Virus record (IMG/VR): IMGVR_UViG_3300017700_000784
Coordinates: 64,001-128,000 of that record
Origin: a virus
Taxonomy: Duplodnaviria > Heunggongvirae > Uroviricota > Caudoviricetes
Length of the DNA: 64,000 bases
Strand: one strand, 5' to 3'
Under the pieces are notes generated by a model that ran no database searches, was not told where the DNA came from, and saw only the letters and a program-made list of their open reading frames with translations. Position numbers and translations under genes: made by a program. This document shows, piece after piece, positions 57,513 through 64,000 of the stretch; position 1 is the first letter of the stretch; each line of letters opens with the position of its first letter.

Positions 57513-57790
57513 TACTGTTCTATATTATCAAAGTCTATATAATCTTCATCATATAGTTTGTCGTCAATAGGAATATCTAAAAGATCTTCTACTTCTTCGA
57601 CTTCTTCTTCATCATCTTCATAAACATCTTCCTTTGCAGGACCATGTCTAAGGACACTATGGATAAAAGGATCATTATACTCTTCTCCACAGTTGTAAGC
57701 CATAAACCCTTTAAGTTCATCATCAGACATCTTTAGATACTGTTCTATAGACATCTCTATACTCCGGCCATTTGGTAACTGATATATCAT
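57512..57790 (-). CDS. Acidic hypothetical protein
   Basis: 92-aa ORF, D/E-rich C-terminus, ATG coupled to the next gene. Confidence 0.7.
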   Translation of the reverse strand: MIYQLPNGRSIEMSIEQYLKMSDDELKGFMAYNCGEEYNDPFIHSVLRHGPAKEDVYEDDEEEVEEVEDLLDIPIDDKLYDEDYIDFDNIEQ

Positions 57791-57887
57791 CTCAATTTGT
57801 ATTAAAAATAAAGCACTAAGTTAGGTATATTTCAATAAGGAGATGATATAAAGTAAACACTATTTTAAAGTATTGTATACTATAACG

Positions 57888-58268
57888 CTACAGTTCTGCT
57901 TTCTTTGAAAAATTCTCTATAAACTCTTCAAAAGAGTAGTGTATTCCTCTACATATTACTCCTCCTACACTATCAAACTCTGAAATTCTTACTTTCAGAT
58001 TTACAGTATCAACTGTTATTATTATTCTAACATCATCATAAGCCTGTGTTCCTATACCATATCCAACTTCAGTATATAATTTGTCAATAGGTACCATCCT
58101 GCAGAATAAAATCCTTGCAAGATAATCTGGATCATCCCAGCGAGTTCTTTTATCAAGAACATCATTTACAACATGTACTAACTCATGGACATCATCATGT
58201 GTATATAAATACACAGAGCCATAAGGACCTTTTACTTCTATTTGTCCACTTTTAAAATTTATATTCAT
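57888..58268 (-). CDS. Hypothetical protein
   Basis: 126-aa ORF with VYLYTH and RWDDPDYLARI.F motifs. Confidence 0.7.
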   Translation of the reverse strand: MNINFKSGQIEVKGPYGSVYLYTHDDVHELVHVVNDVLDKRTRWDDPDYLARILFCRMVPIDKLYTEVGYGIGTQAYDDVRIIITVDTVNLKVRISEFDSVGGVICRGIHYSFEEFIENFSKKAEL

Positions 58269-58276
58269 AAGTAGTA

Positions 58277-58310
58277 ATAAAAAAGAGAGATAGCTTTATA
58301 CTATCTCTCT
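58277..58310 (-). terminator. Intrinsic terminator after dut
   Basis: AGAGAGATAG-CTTTATA-CTATCTCTCT stem with a T-tract on the minus strand. Confidence 0.8.
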
Positions 58311-58318
58311 ATTAGACA

Positions 58319-58735
58319 TTATTTGTTTGTTGAACCAAAACCTCCAGCGCCTCTCTCTGTTTGTTCTACTGCATCAACTTCTTGCCATACTACTTCAGGA
58401 TAAGGTAATATAACTAACTGACCTACACGATCACCTGGTTTATATACATCTCCTTCTGCATGTCCAAATTTGAGCATAATTTCTCCTCTGTAACCAGAAT
58501 CTATTACTCCTACACCATTTCTTAGGTGCATTTCGTAGTTAGAAATACTACTTCTTGGAAAGACTAAGCCAACATAGCCTTCAGGAATCATTATAGCTAG
58601 ACCGGTACCATAGACTAAGTTGTCTTTAGTATCTTTGCTAACTGTTATAGCTGTTAAGTCTAATCCGGCGTCACCTTTTTTTGAGTACTGAGGAATAATT
58701 GCCTCAGGTACCAATTTTTTAATTTTTACTTTCAT
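58319..58735 (-). CDS. dut: Trimeric dUTPase
   Basis: AGLDL, TGLAI.IP.GY, PRSS, GVIDSGYRGEI, RVGQLV, RGAGGFGST. Confidence 0.95.
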   Translation of the reverse strand: MKVKIKKLVPEAIIPQYSKKGDAGLDLTAITVSKDTKDNLVYGTGLAIMIPEGYVGLVFPRSSISNYEMHLRNGVGVIDSGYRGEIMLKFGHAEGDVYKPGDRVGQLVILPYPEVVWQEVDAVEQTERGAGGFGSTNK

Positions 58736-59228
58736 TTCTGATTTCTTCTAATAGTTCTTTAAATTCTAAAATAGACATTTCTCCTTTGAAATTATTAATA
58801 CAAAATAGACAAAGTACAATATTGTCTTGACTATAACCTTTTGAACTATCTAATCTATCTATAGATAATTGTTTAGGTGGGCATATCTTTTCTAGTTTAG
58901 TAGAATAAGTTAACATCATTTCTAATCCTGTATAAAAACATCTTCCTTTTTGCAAAGAATATTGATTTAAAAGATCAATCCATTCTAAGTTAACTTCTTT
59001 TTTTCTTTTTTTAGCATTAGATCTTAATCTTGACAATTTCTCTCTAAAGAAATGTTCTAATGGATCTCTTATTGTTCTCATTGATTCATTAGAACATGCT
59101 CTTGAGCAATATATATTGTTTTTCTTTATCCAGCATTCTGCTAAACAATTCTTACAAACTTTCCTATATTCTGTGTATAATATACCATTTGAATATCTGT
59201 TTATTCTTCTTGTCATATCACTACTCAT
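58719..59228 (-). CDS. Zn-finger + HNH-like endonuclease (possible free-standing homing endonuclease)
   Basis: CKNC...YCSRAC; Q.GRCFYTG; SIDRLDSSKGY..DNIVLC...N.FK. Confidence 0.65.
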   Translation of the reverse strand: MSSDMTRRINRYSNGILYTEYRKVCKNCLAECWIKKNNIYCSRACSNESMRTIRDPLEHFFREKLSRLRSNAKKRKKEVNLEWIDLLNQYSLQKGRCFYTGLEMMLTYSTKLEKICPPKQLSIDRLDSSKGYSQDNIVLCLFCINNFKGEMSILEFKELLEEIRNESKN

Positions 59229-59466
59229 TATGAGTATTTGTTAAAGTTGTTTCCCATATAAACATAAAACTTACAAAAAATATAAGTATTTGTACTGTGT
59301 GTTGAACTAATTCTTCTTCATGATATTCTTCTGAATCATATAAACCTCCTATCATAAGTCCCTTTATAGGGTTAATAAAAAGACTATAATTTGTTTCAAA
59401 GAAACGCAGTAAAAAAAATATTACTACAACAAGTATTAATAAACCAAATGAAAGTTGAAGTATCAT
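59221..59466 (-). CDS. Small membrane protein
   Basis: 81 aa with two hydrophobic segments. Confidence 0.6.
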   Translation of the reverse strand: MILQLSFGLLILVVVIFFLLRFFETNYSLFINPIKGLMIGGLYDSEEYHEEELVQHTVQILIFFVSFMFIWETTLTNTHNE

Positions 59467-59521
59467 ATCTGTAAGTTTTTAGGTGTACAATAATACAAAA
59501 AATATTATTACCAAGAAAACT

Positions 59522-60139
59522 TTAGACTTTTTCTTTTTTGCTTTCAAGATAGTTTTTAAGCATATCTGCAAAGATTCCACCAGTATCAACAGGTGTTTTC
59601 TTTTTTTCAGGATCATTTTCTTGTTTATTAATATCATCAAATTTATCACTTTTCTCTAATCTAATACAATCAATTAACTCTCCTTTTTCATTTGCCATCT
59701 TACCTTCTCTGTGTATATAATATACCTCCATGTGAACAAGACCATCAGCAAATTCATAAGAATTCATTATACACTCTTGTTTAGGTAATTCCAATATAGA
59801 CTCTTTACTAAAATCTTTCATCTTTTTGACATCTCCTATTCTCATCCAGATTTCACTTGTAAAGCATATACCTAGTATATCTTTATGATCTTCATCTCCT
59901 TCAGCAACTTTATCCATCATAGCAGGAATAACTTTCTCTACAAGTACTTCTTTACGCTCTTTACTCTCTAAGAAAACTGTTGGGATATCCATTGAAGCTA
60001 CATGTAATTTATCACCTTCCTGATGATTTTTACTTTTTGCCAAGACAGAAATAATAGGTACTAAATATCCTTGTGAGGACAAAAGCCTGTGATTATTTTC
60101 TGTATTTTCTTTTATAAATTTTTCTATATACTTTTCCAT
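59522..60139 (-). CDS. Hypothetical protein
   Basis: 205-aa ORF. Confidence 0.75.
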   Translation of the reverse strand: MEKYIEKFIKENTENNHRLLSSQGYLVPIISVLAKSKNHQEGDKLHVASMDIPTVFLESKERKEVLVEKVIPAMMDKVAEGDEDHKDILGICFTSEIWMRIGDVKKMKDFSKESILELPKQECIMNSYEFADGLVHMEVYYIHREGKMANEKGELIDCIRLEKSDKFDDINKQENDPEKKKTPVDTGGIFADMLKNYLESKKEKV

Positions 60140-60150
60140 TTTGTTATTTT

Positions 60151-60777
60151 TTAGAATGGTAAATTTTCATCTTCTTCTTTTTCTGAACGTCCTTCCCATG
60201 CTATCCATCCTGAACTTGCACTAGGCTCTCTATTAAGAGTTACACTAAAAGGAGAATCACCACTTCCTGGTAATGTTACTGTACTTGTAATTACTGAATC
60301 AATACTTGTTGTAGGATCTACATAAAATATAGATGTCCCACTAGTTACACTAGGAAAAACAATATTTTCTTCTTCTGGTGGTGGAGTAACTTCTGCATGT
60401 GTCATACCTGACCAGGTATTAGTAGGCTTTAAGCTTTTAGCTTGTTCATCCAACCAGTTTCTAGGCATAGTGGTTATTGGTTCACTGACAGATAATAAAT
60501 GACTAAACCACCAACTCGCAGGTTTAAACTCTATTTTTGTCTTTTTCACAGGAGATTTTGTAGGGCACCATGTAATAGACTTGCCATTCCTTGAAATAAA
60601 GTAATCAAGCCTAAACATTCTGTTATCTGAGTATCTATCTAATTTTGACTTAGTACTATCAGAAACCTTGATACCATTATTTTCCATAAGCCTATGGATT
60701 TTTATAATATCATCTAAATTGTCATTTGTATATTCTAAACCTATGTAATTCTTAAATATTTTTGAAAAGTCTTTCAT
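60151..60777 (-). CDS. Hypothetical protein
   Basis: 208-aa ORF with Ser/Thr/Pro-rich tail ending ENLPF. Confidence 0.7.
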   Translation of the reverse strand: MKDFSKIFKNYIGLEYTNDNLDDIIKIHRLMENNGIKVSDSTKSKLDRYSDNRMFRLDYFISRNGKSITWCPTKSPVKKTKIEFKPASWWFSHLLSVSEPITTMPRNWLDEQAKSLKPTNTWSGMTHAEVTPPPEEENIVFPSVTSGTSIFYVDPTTSIDSVITSTVTLPGSGDSPFSVTLNREPSASSGWIAWEGRSEKEEDENLPF

Positions 60778-60779
60778 GG

Positions 60780-60974
60780 TTATTCTTTGGGTTTTAAAAT
60801 TTGTAATTTACTTAAAGGAGCACCTACACGTATAATAGTAATATCTCTAAGCCTTGCAGCCTCTCTAGGGTCATCACTTTTACCACAAGGATATGTTTTA
60901 CCTTTAAATGTTAAAGTTGCTCTAAATTTTCCAGAGCGCTTATGAAAAGCTACACCATCATATTTACTTGTCAT
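60780..60974 (-). CDS. Stand-alone AP2-domain DNA-binding protein
   Basis: TSKYDGVAFHKRSGKFRATL...GK....G..D.P.EAAR.RD. Confidence 0.7.
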   Translation of the reverse strand: MTSKYDGVAFHKRSGKFRATLTFKGKTYPCGKSDDPREAARLRDITIIRVGAPLSKLQILKPKE

Positions 60975-61461
60975 TTTGTAGTTTTTTTATTTGTTCATCA
61001 AGAATGGTATTAACAGCACTATCTGAATTATCAATACACTTTTTGTTATTATATCTTTCAAGAAATTCTTTATAAGAAGATTTATTTCCTATCATATCAA
61101 GATATATATCTGATTCAGCTTTATTTAATGCTGAATCCCAAGTTTCATCATGAACTTCTGGTTCATCAATTATTTCAAATTGCTTTCTTAAAGGCCATAC
61201 TTTAATACCTTTATTATAATATCTCTTTTTCACATATTGTATAAAAATATCAACATCACTATATGGTCCTATAAGAGTGAAAGGTTCCTCTCTAATAGTA
61301 TAGTGTAAATATACTCTACATATAGCACCAGGCTCACTATTTTTAGCACTAAAAAGTATATAACCATGTTTTCTCATACATAGTAATACTTTTTTATGTA
61401 CATGTTGTAATTCATGGTCATTATAAGAGAGTGTATTATATATTTCTAAATCTACAGCCAT
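60964..61461 (-). CDS. Hypothetical protein
   Basis: 165-aa ORF coupled to neighbours. Confidence 0.7.
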   Translation of the reverse strand: MAVDLEIYNTLSYNDHELQHVHKKVLLCMRKHGYILFSAKNSEPGAICRVYLHYTIREEPFTLIGPYSDVDIFIQYVKKRYYNKGIKVWPLRKQFEIIDEPEVHDETWDSALNKAESDIYLDMIGNKSSYKEFLERYNNKKCIDNSDSAVNTILDEQIKKLQNDK

Positions 61462-61928
61462 GGTACAAGTTGTTTAATTTCTACCGGTTGGTAATCTATA
61501 ACTTCTGCACATACATTAATGTATCTGGTATCTTCAAGGCTATTCTCATGGACATGCCCATGGATATTAATACCATATCTAAACTCCAGCTGAGAAACAT
61601 GTATAGGACAGTGTGTAAGTATGACTTTACCTTTATAGTCTATCATACCGGCTACACTGTTTACATACTTAAGCATTTCTCTTACATGCTGTCTTTGGTC
61701 ATGATTACCTAATACTACATTTATAACACCTTTTAGTCTATTGAGTATCTCATAGTTACTTTTCTCCATGGTTATGTCTCCTAATAGGTATACACAATCA
61801 TGTTTTGAAATTACCTGATTCCATTTCATAACTATAAAGTCATTCATCTCTTCAGCACAACTGAAGTCTCTTTTCTTAGCCATATTTTCATGCCAGAAAT
61901 GAGGGTCACTAAATACATAAGTACTCAT
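61452..61928 (-). CDS. Calcineurin-like metallophosphoesterase
   Basis: SDPHFWH, LGD, GNHD, THCP, HGHVH. Confidence 0.88.
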   Translation of the reverse strand: MSTYVFSDPHFWHENMAKKRDFSCAEEMNDFIVMKWNQVISKHDCVYLLGDITMEKSNYEILNRLKGVINVVLGNHDQRQHVREMLKYVNSVAGMIDYKGKVILTHCPIHVSQLEFRYGINIHGHVHENSLEDTRYINVCAEVIDYQPVEIKQLVPWL

Positions 61929-62233
61929 TCGTCTTCATCATCAACTAAGTTAAATTCAAATTCTCCATAACCTAATGACCCTGATAAACAGTATCTACCT
62001 CTATCAGCATGCTTAAAGTAATACCAAAAGTCTACTTGCCAGCCATTAGTTTCATCACCAGTTCCTTCAAATTCATCAAAAGCAAAAGTCTCTTTCAAGA
62101 TATGTGCTAAATTCATAAATCCTATAAAAGGAAGAGTTGTACCTCTACGTTGAGCTTCTTCAGGTAGTTTAAAAAACTCATAAAGCTCTGTTTTAGCTTC
62201 TTTTTTAATATCATTCATCTTTTTTCCATTCAT
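61925..62233 (-). CDS. Hypothetical protein
   Basis: 102-aa ORF with TNGWQVDFW motif. Confidence 0.7.
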   Translation of the reverse strand: MNGKKMNDIKKEAKTELYEFFKLPEEAQRRGTTLPFIGFMNLAHILKETFAFDEFEGTGDETNGWQVDFWYYFKHADRGRYCLSGSLGYGEFEFNLVDDEDE

Positions 62234-62918
62234 TGGTTAAACATTCAATCATGTAAGTAACTTTTTTAGCAAGACCATTCATGCTAAGATTTTTTAAATG
62301 AGTCTCAATCTCTGAAAGCTCTTCTAGTGTTTTTTCTTTATCTAACATAGGTTTCTTATTTTCTTTAAAAAAGTTATCAAGTATTACTTTATCTGCAGCA
62401 CTAATACTAACATCTACACAATTTATAAACTCATCAGAGTTTGCATAGCTGTCTATAGCATCTGCCTCATACAAATATTCTCTAATAAGAGAATCTAAGC
62501 CATCTTCTTCCTCATAAATATACTGAGCATAATTATAATCAGTATTTTCTATTAAGGTTCCACTGTCCCATTCATATTTACCTGCAAAACCACTACCTGG
62601 CTCAGAGAATTGTATCTTACAATTTACACTGTAAAAAGAAGATATCAACTCTACAAGCTTTAAAGGAGGTCCCCAAGCAGAATCACCATCAATTTGTAAT
62701 GTATTATCACTAGTAAGAGTACATGTAAACTCCCACCATTTGGTGCCATAATAAGTATATTCATCATGCGTGGGTTTATCAGCCATATAAGGAAAAAAAG
62801 TATTTCCCCAATCTACTAAGTAATCACTATCATCATAAGTATTAAATAAGGTCTCTAGTTTTGCAAGTACAGTAGAATCTCCTTCTATAATTACACTATT
62901 CCAACAATAATTTGCCAT
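62211..62918 (-). CDS. DUF1281/YubB ferredoxin-like domain protein
   Basis: MANYCWN...I.G, YGTKW, SAWGPP, F.EPG.GFAG. Confidence 0.65.
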   Translation of the reverse strand: MANYCWNSVIIEGDSTVLAKLETLFNTYDDSDYLVDWGNTFFPYMADKPTHDEYTYYGTKWWEFTCTLTSDNTLQIDGDSAWGPPLKLVELISSFYSVNCKIQFSEPGSGFAGKYEWDSGTLIENTDYNYAQYIYEEEDGLDSLIREYLYEADAIDSYANSDEFINCVDVSISAADKVILDNFFKENKKPMLDKEKTLEELSEIETHLKNLSMNGLAKKVTYMIECLTNEWKKDE

Positions 62919-62920
62919 AA

Positions 62921-63214
62921 TTATAAATTTTGTTGTAACACTGTGTGTTTGTTAAGTAATACTAAGTAATCATCTTTAACTTTTCTTATTTTAGCTCTAA
63001 GATTTTTGTTCTCTTCTCTTAGAGAGAGAAGAGCTCTTGTTTCTTTAGCTTCAGTAAGATAATCAATGTCAGATTTAAGAATTCCAATCTCAAAATTTTT
63101 CTGTCTTATAATAAGTTGAAGTTCTTTTACCTGTTGTTTTAAAAATAATTTCTTTTCAAAATCTGTAAGATTGTTTCTTACAAATATTTCTCCTTGTTCA
63201 TCAATTTTTTCCAT
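62921..63214 (-). CDS. Coiled-coil hypothetical protein
   Basis: 97 aa with heptad pattern. Confidence 0.7.
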   Translation of the reverse strand: MEKIDEQGEIFVRNNLTDFEKKLFLKQQVKELQLIIRQKNFEIGILKSDIDYLTEAKETRALLSLREENKNLRAKIRKVKDDYLVLLNKHTVLQQNL

Positions 63215-63548
63215 CTTCTTTTTCTATTAAAATACGATTAACCATTTTTTGATGCCCAATTAAAGCTTCACTGTAGGTTTTATACCTATCTATTCCTTCT
63301 TCTTTATCACCAAAAACCATAGTTTCAAATAATAAAGGAGATTTATCAGCATCCTCCCAAGGCATAGACATATCCATTCCTACAAATACAGTAGAAATAG
63401 TTATTTCTTCACCTTCTTTTTGTATGATATCAAAGTTTACAATCCTATTACCTTCTTTACCAAACCATTCAGCCCATTCAAATAAATCAACGACTACAGG
63501 TTTTTTATCTACTAATATATAGTATTTTATAAGTTCTTTATCTTCCAT
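63201..63548 (-). CDS. Conserved phage hypothetical protein
   Basis: Likely start MEDKEL at 63548; ISTVF.G.D....LFETMVFG....RY.T..EA..GH motif. Confidence 0.7.
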   Translation of the reverse strand: MEDKELIKYYILVDKKPVVVDLFEWAEWFGKEGNRIVNFDIIQKEGEEITISTVFVGMDMSMPWEDADKSPLLFETMVFGDKEEGIDRYKTYSEALIGHQKMVNRILIEKEDGKN

Positions 63549-64000
63549 GGAAATCAGGATATAACTCTTTACCGGTGTCACTCTGCCAGAACTCTTTGGT
63601 ATCAACATCCATAATTGTAAGTTTACCAAACCAACCAGCACCTGTGTCTAAATTCCAGATATTAGCTGCATGCATAGGAACATTTACTCCTTCAAATTGA
63701 GTAGAAGTATGTCCTATATAAACTTCAGTAAAATTACCTACCATAGCAAGTGTGGGAGTATATCCTGCAACTACTTCAGCAGAATTATTAATCTTCTGCC
63801 AGGTTAAAGCATATTCCCATAAGGCTCTATCCCACCATAGAATATCTCCCTGTTCATCTATAGGAACAAATCTATCAAATCCACCATGTACAAAGAGTCT
63901 GTTCTTGTCATCTAAGTAATACTTCTTCTGGTTTCTAAAGAAATCTTTGTGTGTTACTGGAAGATGAATAGGTCTTATAGTTTCTCTGTAATGCTGTCCT
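63538..64000 (-). CDS. Ser/Thr protein phosphatase-like metallophosphoesterase (NinI/PrpA-type), 5'-truncated by the window edge
   Basis: The frame is open to the window end by hand translation: ...RLFVHGG...WWDR...IGHT...NLDTGAGW.GKLT. Confidence 0.8.
   Translation of the reverse strand, partial: GQHYRETIRPIHLPVTHKDFFRNQKKYYLDDKNRLFVHGGFDRFVPIDEQGDILWWDRALWEYALTWQKINNSAEVVAGYTPTLAMVGNFTEVYIGHTSTQFEGVNVPMHAANIWNLDTGAGWFGKLTIMDVDTKEFWQSDTGKELYPDFHGR

Noticed and set aside
54363-58735. Uracil-substituted genome
   Set aside because: The phage encodes both UDG and dUTPase, which exclude uracil.
1-64000. Stop-codon reassignment as seen in some crAss-like phages
   Set aside because: Very long ORFs are intact under code 11, and TAG (43021-43023) and TGA both terminate genes at sensible boundaries.
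41618-64000. tRNA, rRNA or other structured ncRNA genes, and integrase/att sites
   Set aside because: Intergenic gaps are short and AT-rich; only terminator-type hairpins were found, with no cloverleaf and no recombinase motifs.

Overview
64 kb slice of a lytic crAss-like (Crassvirales-type) dsDNA phage, probably infecting an environmental Bacteroidota host such as Flavobacterium. Host clues: no Shine-Dalgarno sites, TAnnTTTG-like promoter elements, and a Flavobacterium-like surface-protein domain. The DNA is AT-rich and uses the standard genetic code. Plus strand 1-41.6 kb is the virion module: a 5'-truncated tail stabilisation protein carrying a ~2.4 kb Cys-rich/VWA insertion; three cargo proteins punctuated by [Q/K]xGG motifs, one ending in an R-S-ExE ADP-ribosyltransferase; ejection proteins; a 4296-aa virion RNA polymerase polyprotein; a 2002-aa PD-(D/E)xK virion protein; and a tail fibre with chaperone. 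42.6-45.1 kb is a lysis cassette (holin, spanin-like protein, glycosyltransferase, M15 endolysin). Minus strand 45.2-64 kb is the replication and accessory module (PolB, exonuclease, primase, SSB-like protein, AAA_24 ATPase, DnaB, UDG, SF2 helicase, dUTPase, endonucleases, phosphoesterases). The most striking unexplained pattern is that four consecutive, nearly Cys-free ejection proteins carry cysteines at their adjoining termini (...NC* / MSC...NCK* / MPC...KCL* / MSC...), which suggests an ordered head-to-tail covalent chain. Other leads are the xGG-delimited cargo polyproteins with an Alt-like toxin, and genome-wide CpG depletion that spares CCGG. All domain calls are by-eye motif recognition; no searches were run.
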